Below the pieces are notes generated by a model. It was not told the DNA's origin. It saw only the letters and a program-made list of their open reading frames with translations, and searched no databases. A stretch of 64,000 nucleotides of DNA, from the NCBI RefSeq assembly GCF_964355755.1, contig NC_092670.1, forward strand, positions 35,018,388 to 35,082,387. The letters are read 5' to 3'. Each line of letters opens with the position of its first letter. Position 1 is the first letter of the stretch. The stretch is from Antedon mediterranea (lineage: Eukaryota > Animalia > Echinodermata). The position numbers were made by a program, and so were the translations under genes. Positions 1-12,800 of this stretch are shown in pieces.

Positions 1-394
1 CATAGTAAGAACAGAATTTTAAAGTTTAGAAATAGTGGAATGAAAGAAATGTAATACAATGCCAAAACATAGAATGTATCATATAATATAGAAACTATGT
101 TAAACTGATTCGTGAATGTAAATAGGTTTATTAATGTGTGTATGGGTGTAATATAAGGTCCAAAAAAAAAAAAAAAACATACAAATTGTGTGTACTGAAT
201 TAAAATTTAATAAAACAAACAATTTGCTCTAAATGTAAAATGAATCAAACCAAAATGAATACATTTCTTAATATAGAGGTAAATTTAAATGGTAAATAGT
301 CGTACTTTTAAAATAACTTGCAATAACCATAAAATGTACGTTTTTAAAGCATACTTTTACTACATCGATTTTATGTACGTGTATAGATATAGTA

Positions 395-983
395 TGTTCT
401 GGCCTCACAGAGAACGGCTGACCAAGACAGAGAACGGCTGACCAAGACAGAGAACGGCTGACCAAGACAGATAACCACACCGGTTACAATACAACACGAA
501 CACAGCCCTTTGGATCCGTACAATTCAATATGTAAAGCTGTTATATGGTAACTGAAACAACAAAAATAACAAATGTGTAAACAATAAAGCACGGGAGCCA
601 AGCCCATCGGGCACACACTATGCGCAAATCCCGGCTAAGTGAAATGTTACCTACAAAAGTACCACGCCAGCCAATGCCGGCGAGAAAGCTATTATAATTA
701 TAATAGGCCTGTACTATGTACTGTAATATGTACTAAGATAATAACGTAGTAATATCAAGATCAGTTTTAGGTTAAGTTAATTCAGTATATTGTAATACAT
801 TATTATAAACTTAGCTACTTACAACAACTGTAAATGCACCAGCATCGCACGATACAATCCCTAGCATGACGAATGATTCGTCAACCTAGAACTACGTATA
901 TACAACGAGTCATTCGGGCGCTAAAATACTATTCAAATGGACCACGCTGTACGGCGGCAGGTGCGCTAAGCTCAGCTGGCACA
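395..983 (-). repeat. Putative 3' LTR of the BEL element
   Basis: On the minus strand a PPT-like CCAAACGGGCG follows the integrase, then TGTG at 983; the segment ends ...AGAACA at 395 where the sequence turns AT-rich. It contains a 20-bp unit (CAGAGAACGGCTGACCAAGA) x3 at ~408-470. No second LTR is present to confirm the boundaries. Confidence 0.6.
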
Positions 984-2397
984 CGCCCGTTTGGTATACA
1001 AAGGATGCCACTACTTATGAAATTACATGAAAAACATATTAATAATTGAACTAAAATTCTGCTTCTTAAAAGGAATGAACATGATATTTCACACCGTACA
1101 ATCCTTCACTCCATATCTTCTACCGGAATCAGTAACACCAGTTCATGGCTTGGTCTAGAAAGCAGCTTGGTTGAATTATCTCGGCTCACTTTCAATTTCA
1201 CCTTCGACACCAATTATCACTACTTTTAAGAGTGCTCGTGACTCTTGCCATGGCCAATTATTGCGATGACGTGCCTTTTCCGTCAGACATCGTCTTACAC
1301 GATGCCATTTCTTTCTACTGTGTAGAAGGAGAAAATATTTGTTCTTCCACCTGGACCAAAACGTATCGGCCAGGCATTGCACCATCCGCCATTACTTTCC
1401 AACTAAGCCGTTCTTGGTAAAACGGATACCAAGAGGGGCCCTCATGTGATTAGACTTTTGATTCTAAATCATATTTGGTGGTGTGTGGATCACTCGGTAT
1501 CGGCGTAAGCGGTCTTGAGTTCACAATCGCCGTAACTTCTGCCATAAGTGTCGTCAGAACCTCATGTGACCGCTGGATAGGTCATAAGTCGGCAAATATA
1601 GAATCTAGGATACGTCTGCATATGCCAATCATCCTTTCCCATGCTCCGCCCATATGGGAGAAATGGGAAGGATTAAACAACCACTCACAGTTATTCTCTA
1701 AAAGGCATTTCTTGACTCCACCATCGGTGCCAAGTATACCAATCTCGTTACACGCTCCTATGAAGTTTGTGCCACAGTCTGATCGAATCTGACTTACTGC
1801 CTGGTCCACGAATGGCAAGGAATCTCCGCAAGGCGTTGATGAATTTTGACGTGTCCTGTAATCTCAATATGAATGGCGCGGAAAGACATACACGTAAACA
1901 GTACAGCTTAACGTTTTGCTCTCGCCATACCTCCTCTCGTTTTACGTGATGACACTATCCATGGTCCAAATACATCTAGGCCAACGTACGTAAATAGAGG
2001 GGCCATAGACAAGCGCTCAGCAAGTCCGGCACTTGATACACTTGCTAATGATACTGTCGACCCTTCGTTTCTCCGCCACAATCCAGTATGCAGCACTTCT
2101 AATAGCTCCTCGAGTGAAATGCTTTCCCTGATGTTGGACTTGTGCATGGTAATATTGAATGATTAAGTCGGACACGTGATGTGGCCCTGGTATAATTATC
2201 GGGTGTGTGTCCAGCTCTCCCATCCTAGCGTTCTTAAGACGACCGCCAACTCGGAGAAGTCAATTTCCGTCTATGAAAGGGTCCAACCTGATAAGTGCAC
2301 TTGACTTAAGCAGCGGAATACCACTCTCCAGCAACTCCAGCTCATCTGCAGAGAGTCAGCGCGCTGGGTGGCGCCTATAACAATTCGGCTTGAGTCA

Positions 2398-5300
2398 TGG
2401 TCCAGTCCCTAAGGGGAGAAAAAGGGGTGGGATGTTACCAGACTGGATACAAATTTTTCAGTATAGCAGTTTGGTAGAGTATAGTGTGGAGATGCCAAAA
2501 CAAAGTTACTGGAAATCTGATTTGACCTCTGTGACCTCTGACCTCAATTTTTATATTTTTATATTATATAACTAAAAATCGCCATATCTTGACAACGCAG
2601 GGACATTTTACATTTATTTTTTTTTCAAAATGCTTGGAAGATATATATTTATATTCGCTATAATGAAAATAATTGTACAAAAATGGCCGCAAAGGCTTTA
2701 TTTTTCAGTTTGACCTTTGACCTTGATTGCCTAATATCTCAATAACACGCAATCTCAGAGATTTGAGAATGGGCTCAAAATGTTAAGAAAATAAATCTAA
2801 TATTTAGTCTAATAGAAACTTTTTTCAAAAAATTACCATAAATTAAGCTTTTGTGACCCTTGACCTCTAATGTTTGAATATGTCAATATCTCGGTAACTA
2901 TTTGTCCTAAAAAGTTCAGTTTGGTGTCAAATTGTTTAGAATATACACATTTATATTTGCTCTAACAAAATATTTTGTCAGAATTCAATTGGAAATGTCA
3001 TTTTGAGCTATGACCCATCGTTTTGCATATATTTAGCAATTAATAATCTATAAAAAGAGATCGAGAGAGGGGAGGGGGTTGGGGTGGATGGAGAGACACA
3101 TATTTTTGTTACATGTTGCACAAATGTTAAACTCTGTCTACACTATAACATTTTTATTCGACAAAAAAATGTGATGTGCCCATATATGGACACGATGAAT
3201 GACATATCACTACCATATTTGGGCACATCACACCTTTTTTGTTAAACTAGTTTATAGTGTAGACAAACATGTAAAAAATATGTGTCTCTCCATCACCCCA
3301 ACCACCTCCCCCTCTCTCGCTTTTCCAATGCTACTGCATGCATCTATACACATCAAAATGACCGGAATTGTACTGGAAAGTTTTTAGCTACATTTGAAAA
3401 TAAGTCCCAGAGGATGGGTGTATTGTAATTTTATCAGAATTATGGCAATTGTTTGTAATGGGAAAGTTTTAAAACTACATTTGAAATATTTGCTAATAAT
3501 ATCACATGCTATTAAAGATATACTTATTTTCCCCCTGACAAAAGTAATTTTGACAAATAGTTTTGTTGAATATGCAATTTTAATGTCACACATAATAGTT
3601 TCACCAAAAATTGGATTGAAAAAAAATGATATAGTGCATACCCAAAAAAACTGCAATTCAAAGCAAAAAATAGGCTGGAAGTCAATAGTGGGGTTCACAT
3701 GGAACTGTGTCTAGAAGAAGTTGATTTAACAATTTTCTACTAACTGGACTAACCTTGACAAATCCCGTTCTTTGGTACAATTACCGGTATGTCTAGTTAA
3801 TTAAATTTCATAAAATCCTGGTATTGGAGATTTTAAATGCTATTTTATGTAAAAAAAAATCATCTATTTCTTTTATTTATCCCGTATGTTGTTTACTTTT
3901 AACTTCTGATTACAAACAATTGGTCATTTTACTTTCTGTGTTAAATTTTGTATTCTATTTTTCAGTATAGTAAATTTTTTAGGCCTACCATCTTCTAATA
4001 TCTATTAGACCTCTGTCCTCGTCAGACATAGTTCATTTAATTTTTTAGGACATTTTATGGGGTACACAATGAAGAATGACCATATTCTTTGCAATTCAAA
4101 TGTTAAATATGAAAATGAAATGGGTTAAAAAATTCTTCAATTTCATTGGTGCAAATGAGGCTAAAGGCCACCCGCTGGGTTGTTAATTGGATTACCCTCA
4201 TAAAATAACTGGCTATCCTTGGATTTACTTCTAAATCCAAGCAGCAATAATTGTCCAGAAAAAAAACATCATCCGGACATAATTGAGCATTCACATCCAA
4301 ATTATGGCGAGGTCATGTAGATAATCTACTTAAATTAACTAGCCATAGTTCGATGTGAACGCCACTATTGTGATGTTGGTTAAATTAACTGTTTATTTTG
4401 TCTTTAAAGTGATATTTACTCTATTTTTTAGATTAGCTCTTTGATTAAACACCTCTTCCAATGCAGTGAAGATCTTAAGTGTCACCTTACTAATCTTCCT
4501 TAACTTCTCTTTGAACGATCGTAATCAATATTTGTTGAGGTATAATATTTCCCTCTAATATGGTAATGCCAGTTTTATTGAGTCAAATGCTTTCTGATAA
4601 TCTCTAAATCAAAGATTTGGTGATATTCATTTCCTTTTTATTTTAGTTGATTGACAAACTGTATAAGATGGTCCTACTGTATAAAGCGTTATATATTGGT
4701 TTATTTACTTCTAGTCGGTCTCTGATTTTGTTTTTTGATTACTTTAGTAAATTATTTGTGTACATGTGATAATGTTCGTTTGGTCGGTAATGGTTGATGT
4801 CAGTTTTGTCATGTTTTTGTGGATTAAAGTATAATTGTCATTGCTTCTCTTAATTTATTCTGGTTTCAAAGATTTTGTTGTATAGTGTTATGAGCTGGAT
4901 GTGTTATTGCCTCATCAAGCCAAGATGGTAATTTTGACTGCTCACTGGTTTGTTTTCCTTTTATATTCCACTACAGTATGTTCTTGAAAAGAAATCAGCT
5001 TTGTAATTAATTTGTCTTTGATCTTTTTCAGATTTCTAATATTTTAAACATATGTTTTTCTTTTCTTCGCTTTTTCCTCACTGTTTCAAACATTTTATTT
5101 TTTCAGCATACTTCAAGCAATTAATTGATAATTAGGTCATATGTTTTATGATTATCAAATTGCATTGGTTAATTCTTCTTTTCTTTCTTTAAGATCCTGA
5201 TTTTCTTTTTTTTTTTTAATGTTATTTAAGTTTTAAGTTTATCTAATTTTTTGTTGATATTAAGTGTTGCTCTTACGGTGTAGGCCTACCATGCGATGGA

Positions 5301-6027
5301 ATTATATATTGAAATTAAATTAAACATTAAGTTTTAAGAAAATTGTAAAAGGCTAAATAGGATATTGAATGTAGTTCTGGTCCATTAAATCTATATTTTA
5401 GGTATATTATTATAAGTATCAGTATATCCTGGTCATACCTCAAACTGGCATTTCCAGTAAAAATATGATAACATCTTCTATTAGAGCTAATATAAATGTT
5501 TACATTTTGAACATTTTGACACCAAGTTGAACTTTTTATGACATTTGGTTACAGAAATACAGACATATTTAAACATTAAAGGTCAAAGGTCAGTAAATGA
5601 CATTTCCTGTGGATTTGGAAGAACATGTTTAATTAGAGTATATATAAATATGTATGCTCTTAACAATTTGAAACAAATTTCAAGAAATTTTGACCAGTAG
5701 TTATTGAGATATAGTAAGCCGAGGTCAAAGGTCAAAACATTGAGAAATTACATTTCTGGTCGTTTTTTTGAAAAAAGTTCTATTAGAGCGAATATAAATA
5801 TGTACCCTCTGATCTATTTGACATCAATATCATTTCAATTGTCAAACCCGTTGCGGAGATATGGCTGTTTAAGATAGAAATATAAAAATTGAGGTCAGAG
5901 GTCACAGAGGTCAAATCAGATTTCCAGTAACTTTGTTTTGGTATCTCCATATCATGTTCTATCAACATGCCAAAGGGCACACTTGTATCCACTATGGTAA
6001 CATCATTTCCCCTTAGGGACTGGACTG
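2398..6027. mobile_element. Non-autonomous DNA transposon with long imperfect TIRs (Academ-like, tentative) nested in the BEL pol
   Basis: Left end TGGTCCAGTCCCTAAGGGGA...CCAAAACAAAGTTACTGGAAATCTGATTTGACCTCTGTGACCTCTGACCTCAATTTTTATA matches the reverse complement of ~5880-6027. Subterminal TGACCT repeats are present. No transposase ORF was seen. The superfamily is suggested only by the YR termini and long TIRs. Confidence 0.8.
3990..4960 (-). mobile_element. Highly degraded LINE reverse-transcriptase remnant (RTE-like) inside the TIR element
   Basis: Minus-strand residual motifs INHYRP..HMY (~4760-4800), DYQKAFDS (~4580-4605) and a degenerate catalytic LCPDDVFF (~4260-4285). Confidence 0.65.
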
Positions 6028-6538
6028 AACCAATCAGAGAACCCTTGAAATCGCTCCGATCCAATCGTGGTGACTGTATGTTTGGCCACCGTAACGTGTG
6101 AACCATTGGCCGAACTTCGGGATCTTTTTCTTGGACTGGATATTCGTCGGCTGAATTCAACTGTAGATACTGGTTACGGAGAAACGCAGGACCAATCATC
6201 CATTCCGACAACGTCGGATCTGAGGCAGAAATGCCTCTCGAAGCAAGATCGGCTGGATTTTTTCCGGATTCGATGTATCGCCATTGGGATTGTTGTGTGG
6301 TGTTCAGAATACGTTCTACTCTGTTGCTAACATATACATAAAATCTTCTTGTGATTTGAAATCTATCCAAGTACCATACGGCTGTCCGAGTAAAAAACCA
6401 TCCTGTCTAGTTTCAGGTCTAGTTCGTCTGCAATGAGCTCTGCTATGCCAGCAGCTAACACTGCGGCGCACAGTTCGAGTCTCGGCACCGTTGTTGCTTG
6501 TTTGGGTGCTAACTTAGCCTTACCGAAAACAAAACTTA

Positions 6539-6608
6539 TCAATCAATCAATCAATCAATCAAAGTAACAGTTATTTATCTTCTTGTCTTTCATAGAAAAT
6601 AAAAATTA
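6539..6608 (-). mobile_element. ~70-bp 5'-truncated retroposon insertion with (GATT)n tail
   Basis: Interrupts the BEL RNase H between GNVYV and SFVFGKAKLAP; TTA is duplicated at 6536-6538 and 6606-6608; (AATC)n run at ~6539-6562. Confidence 0.7.
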
Positions 6609-9600
6609 CGTAGACGTTTCCACTTTTGTCGGAAACCCGAAGATAGCTGACAGCACCGATAGTTTGGGTGGAAGCATCAACGAACGTGTGTAGTTCCCGC
6701 CTGGTCGCTTCAGTAGTAAGAACAGGTGTATATGCACGAGGGATGCGCACCTCCGACAGGGTAGGTAACAAAAGGCGCCAGTTTCGCCATGTAGATAGTG
6801 TTTGCTCTGGTAAGGAATCATCCCAATCAAGTGAACTATCCCTTGTCATCTCACGCAACAGCCGTTTACCCTCAATAAAGACTGGTGCGACAATGCCAAA
6901 GGGGTCGTAGATGCTGTTTATTTCGGCTAATGCTCCTCGTTTGGTGAAGGGTCGCTCGACTGGACTAATCTTGAAGGTGAAGTCATCACGCTTAATGTCC
7001 CAATACACTCTCAGTGACCTTTGAATGGAAGGTTCTTGTGATGTAAAGTCGAGATCTCGTAGATCTCCAGCGTGGTCTTCGCCTGGAAACGCATTCATCA
7101 CCTCGAGGCTATTATATGCAATTTTGTGGAGTCTCAACTGACCGGTTAAGAACATCGACTGTGTACGTTTCAACAAGTCAATGGCATCTGTTAGAGTTGG
7201 GAGGGACTACAGGTCGTCATCAACGTAGAAATTGTGTTCCACGAACTGTCGGGAATCTTTGCCACACACCTTTCTGACGCAACTTGAGCAGTTTTACGCA
7301 ATCCGAATGGTCGTTATTCCTAAACCACAGGAATCTCAAGTAGTCACGATGCTCTTTCTTCACATGTAAAGAATGGAACATTTGCTCTATATCTGCCATA
7401 AAGGCAACTGTATCTTCTCGAAACCTAATTAGAACGCCGATTAGGCTGTTGACGAGGTCGGGTCCGGTTATCAGCACACTGTTTAGCGATACACCCCAGA
7501 TATTCAGCACTTGAGTCGAACACGACGCGGATCTTGTCCGGCTTTTTCGGGTGGTACACACCGGAGTGCGGGAGGTACCATCGTTCTAAGGAACCTGTAG
7601 TAATTTGCTCCGCATGACCCTTTTCCAACATAGTAGTCATAAACTGAAGATTTCACCTTAGGCTTTTGTGAAAAGGACTTCAGCAAGGTACGAAACCGCT
7701 TCATCGCTTCGTGTCGGTTGTCGGGTAACGTGGGCCTTGACGAACGGAATGGAAGTGGTGCTACCCAGTTGCCTGTAACGCTTTTCACAAACCCAGATTC
7801 CATTATCTTCAAGAACTGCCTATCTTCCGTAGAGTTACCAATCTTATTGTCGTGTTTTGACAGGTTTAAGACGTCGCACCCTACATGGTCCGAATATACA
7901 GTTGGATGATGAGAAATTTCGAAGAGGTTGGTACAAGGGTTGAAACGTGAAGGTCGTCCAGTAGGCACGGTGTGGGTGTGGAACGTGTTAATGTTGATGC
8001 TATGATGTGATTTTCCTACGCAGACTTCTCCCATTACCACCCATCCGAGGTCCAATCGCTGGTCCCACGGAGCAGCATCTCGGCCGTTACGCACTACACG
8101 CACTTTATGAACTTGCGGTAAGTCACGTCCCAGGAGGATTAATATGTCTCTGCGTCAGGGTCGAGATTTGGGATTTCCATAGCAATGGACTTCAGATGCG
8201 GATGATATTCAGCCACCTCTGGAGTAGGTATCTCTGTCTTACAATCAGGAATGGCTTTGCATTTCGATTAACGGCGGATCAGGTATACGTACACCACTAT
8301 TCAATTTGATGACGAGTCCAGTGAGACGACGAGCAGATGTGCTTGAAACGCCCGAACAAGTCTTAAGTGTGTATGTAACTGGCGCTACTTCGATCTTTAT
8401 CAAGTGGAACAGCTTAGACCTAGCGATTGAACTGTTACTCTGCTCGTCCAAGACAATATAAGTGGTAATAGCCGTCTCAGGCATGCCCTTCAAATACCCA
8501 CGAGCCAAACATATCTTGGAACAGGACCTCGCTGTTGGCACGTTGTGGCATATCTTGGTACACTTATTAGCGAAAATTTTGCCTTAGGCGCCTTTATTAT
8601 CAATAGGAACGTTGACTTGATGCCCGCTTTGCTGGCTGGTTTCTGTATTCGGCTTATCTGCATGCAGGGCGTCCAGGTGCCGTTTGTTACCACACAATAA
8701 ACATTCGATGTCGGCTTTACACTGCCTAGCTACGTGTGAAGTGGATGTGATGCACCGGAAGCAATACCCCAATTCTTTCAGTAGTGCTCGATACGCATCG
8801 GTAGACATCTTGAGGAATGCTCTACAAACACGCAACAGGTGATGAGGAGTCTTGTGAATGGGACACTCGTCTCGACATCGATGTCGGTGGTATCGTTGGT
8901 TTTGTCAACACCTGTCAACTTAGCCAGGATATTAGCATGGTAGGTAGATTTGGGCGTAGTCGATCTTTTCGGGTTCCTCTGTTTTCCCTGTTCCCCCTGT
9001 TCCATGGCGTCGGAGACGATCAGGCTCTAATCGTTTCGTTCTTTTGCCACTTCTGTAACAAACTTGGAAAAAATGAAAATGGTGGGAATTTACCCTCCGA
9101 GTCTTGCTTGTAACGGAAGGCCCGAGAACGCCACTTCTCCTAAAGATCTCGTGACATCTTCGCAAAGACAAGGAAAACCACTGGGAATTACAACTTAAAA
9201 CCACAAAACCTTTTGGACTTAACATTAGGAACATACTCCCAGATCGGTAAAATTATTCCATTGACTACCAAAATTTAAGTTTCAATATTAACCACCATTT
9301 AAGCTACAGCTCCGTATAATCAGCGATAGTCTCGCCCCAACTCAAACTGTATATTATTCCAATAATGAAAACATGTTTATGATTAAACCCGTATACCAAT
9401 ATTTTTGTTCTTACGCAGTGCTTAAGTAACAAAATTAAACTATAGTAGGCCTATAAACAACCCATTTTTATCTGAACAAGGCCAACAGCTATAAATCGCG
9501 TGCTAAAACGCATAGTGATACCAGACTGACAGACAGACCGACAGACCCACAGACCGACCGACCGACCGACATAGAGGTACTTTCTCATCCAACGTGAAAA

Positions 9601-9828
9601 AGTATATATAAATATTTCCTTAGAATATTTGAAAACTTAAGCTTTAGATTATTTGTTTTTCTTGGCTAAGGCAGTTTTATAACCTAAAGCCCCGTCTACA
9701 CTATCAAACCAGTTTGACAAAAAAGTGTGATGTGCCCACGGGTAGTGACATCATATTCATATATCACATCACATGTTTTGTCACATAGGTTTGAAATAAA
9801 AAAAAATAAAAAAATAAATAAAATATAC

Positions 9829-12800
9829 CTGAACAACCAAGAACTTCACATCTTAAACTAATGTGATTATACCAAGATGTTGGGTGAATACGAATGTAAC
9901 GAGCAATCACTGGATTTGGAAACATATTAGTAACTTGGGAATCACGATTTGTGTTTCCAACAAATTCCTAAAAATAGAAAAACAAAAATATAAAAGTAGT
10001 TTATACATTTACTTAAAACACACAATTTTAATGAAAACAACTGCTTATAAATATAAAATTTGAAGGCGATCATACAAATTATAATGTACTTATGATTTTG
10101 CTGATTAGCTTAGGTATTATTTTACCTTATTATTTTACCTTTTAAAAGCAACTCCCGGTAGCAAAAATTGCAACTGCAATTTTACGCGAAAATCAAACGA
10201 GTGAATTTGAAAAGAAATAGGTTTTTTAAACTACTCGCAAAAACGTGCACATTAAATCAAATTATGTTTCAAAATTACAAATCACAAATTATAACTCTTG
10301 CCTCTTGTACAAAAATGAAGTTTTTTGGACAAGTAGTTTTCGAGAAAATGCAACTAAAGTTTACTTGTTACTTTAAGACTGCTCGCCGACTTTTAAAAAT
10401 TGTCTCCTATATTTTAACACTAGTCGGTCTGACAATAATATCAGTTATTAATATACCATTTTTAGAAATGTTCAATAGCCATGGTCTGAAAGTGTATACC
10501 TATCTACATCAAAAAATTCAGAATGATAACTTGAAAACTGTAGGCGCTATCGTGCTAACAAACAAACGTACAAAGTAAATACTATACTTGACAAAATTTT
10601 GCCAAGTAACAAACACACGCGATCGACTACACAATACCTCCTTGGCGGAGGTCAATTACATATACCGGTATTTGAATAATTTGGAGACATACAGTAGAGT
10701 CGTTAAAAGAAATAACAGAAACTTACCATAGTATTATCATTGGCTTCAATGATGTCTTTAAAGTTGTTACCATCGATACTGTACAACACTTCAAAAATCG
10801 TAACCCATTGGTCATGTTCATTATTACGTCCTTGTGTAATCACTCCAGTCACCCTTTTTAGAGCACCAATATCAGCTTGTATCCATTGGTTTTGATTATT
10901 TGATCGTGCAGACCAAGCACCAATATTACCGTTCCTTGGAGTCATATTAAGTCTGCCATATGCAGGTCCGTGTTGTGCATCCCATTCAGTCGATGCTGTA
11001 AGTGCAATTGTTCCTTTTTCTACTCCCAAAGGATCCGTACAGAACTTTGTTTTATCTAATTGTACCATGTAAAATAGAAATGCATGTTATCGTAAACATT
11101 AATAATAGCAATATTCACAAAGTTAACTGTGAAGGTCTCCAACATAAAAGAGTTTAAATATTCACATAAACATTTGCCTAAGCATAGAGATGTTATAATA
11201 ATATCTCTATGGCCTAAGTGATTTACCTGTAAAATCGAGGTTTGTCCAAAAAAAAAAAAAGATTTATGTATTGATAGTCATAATGTGTTACGATTGGGTT
11301 ATTTACCTGCTGGGCAGCCAAGAATTTCAAACCTCATACTTATGTGGTTGTACCAAGTCATTGGATGGATTCTAATAAATCGTGCATGTATTTCAAATGG
11401 AAATAGATTGGTAACTTGTGTATCTGTATCTGTATTGCCAACAAACACCTACAAATAAAAAATAATATCCAATACAAGAAAATGCTACTAGTCATACAAA
11501 TCATCTTAAAGATGTAATGCCCTCCTGAAAAAATAATTTTAACGCATTTTTTTTAAATTTGCCATTTTAATGTAACATAATTATAATAGTTATCCACTTT
11601 GACCAAAAATTAAATGGAAAGAGAGAACTGAAAAAACTGTAATTTAAAGCAAATAAAAAATGATGAAATTGCCTGCAACTATTTATGTTGTCATTTTATA
11701 AGTGAAAACATTATTTGTTTCTGTTTTTTTTCTACGGAAGTGATTAACTTTATTAAAACTACAAAATAACCTATTCAAAGTCAGATTTAATTAATCTTAA
11801 TTTTTCATGTTTTTGGGAGACAATACATCTTTAAGCGCATTCTTCATTGGTAAACTCTCTTTCTTAATTACCTTTGATGTTCCAACAGTGGTCATAATTG
11901 TCTGCCAGTTAGAACCGTCCATGCCATACAAGACTTCATATGACTTAACCCATTGACCATAATTGTTACGTCCTTGGGTCACCACTTTCACTTCATTAAG
12001 ATCAACTTGAATCCACTGATTAAGATCATTGGTTTTGGCTGCCCATGCACCAATTCCATCATTAGTAGGTTCAATATTCAATCTACCACGATGAGCACCG
12101 GAATGTGCATCGTATTCACTTGAAGCACGGATGTTTTCCGATGGAATTTCTGATGATTCTATGCCAAGTTTTGAACCAGTACAATTAGACACTGCTAAAA
12201 AGATCAATGGCGATATGCGACAAAAAAGAACACTTAGTTAGACCATGCGTGCATAATCACAGTTCCCCCTTGTCAATGTTTATACATTTTTTTCTTGAAT
12301 ATTTTTAGAAGCTCTTATACGTTTCCTAAGTATTGCTCTATTTTGATATAGCATTTATACCGTACGTCTATTAACAACAATTTAGATAATCAAATCAAAT
12401 TTGAAAAATGTGGATTATGCACTTACTTCACGAAATCATAAATTTCCAAAAGTACATTTAAACTGAAAGTCAAAACTTACCATAAGATCCCACAACTAGA
12501 ACAATTATTGGAACGGTAAATTGCAACATCTTGATTGTATAAGCCTAAGCAACACTAAGCGCGCCCAGAAACTTGGCGAAATACTTAAAGAAATGCAGAT
12601 AGCAACATGTAGAGGGTGTGCTATTTTTGAACGTTTCGAAAATCAGAGAACCGTTCGTACAAAAATACACCGTCGAAGATGCGTGGCGGCATATAAATGT
12701 GTGTTAGGCCTTGCTTTGAACTATTCTATCTTTTATATGTTTTTTAGGGATTTCTGCACACAAGGGTTTGTAGTAGTCTTTAGATGAAATGAATGTTATC

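Larger units (their letters stand above)
395..9170 (-). mobile_element. Decayed BEL/Pao LTR retrotransposon (gag-pol with stops/frameshifts; 5' LTR and gag N-terminus missing)
   Basis: Minus-strand fragments in BEL order. Gag: EKW..FPPF..F..FV..A..RND near 9030-9160; Zn knuckle CFRC..H..C. Protease region. RT: [46 protein letters not shown]. RNase H: ELHTFVDAS, FGKAKLAPK..TVPRLELCAA, YVSNRVERI, NPADLASRG. Integrase: LLRVGGRL, HPIIIP, H..VQHQG, C..C, GLDVFGPW, IRSDCGTNFIGA, HMGGAWERMIG, FWSRW..Y. Confidence 0.95.

Noticed and set aside
5783-6370. 195-aa ORF as a real gene
   Set aside because: It is BEL RNase H sequence reading by chance into the TIR of the nested element.
10168-10578. 136-aa plus-strand ORF
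   Set aside because: Lies in an intronic repeat, has AT-biased composition and no recognisable motif.
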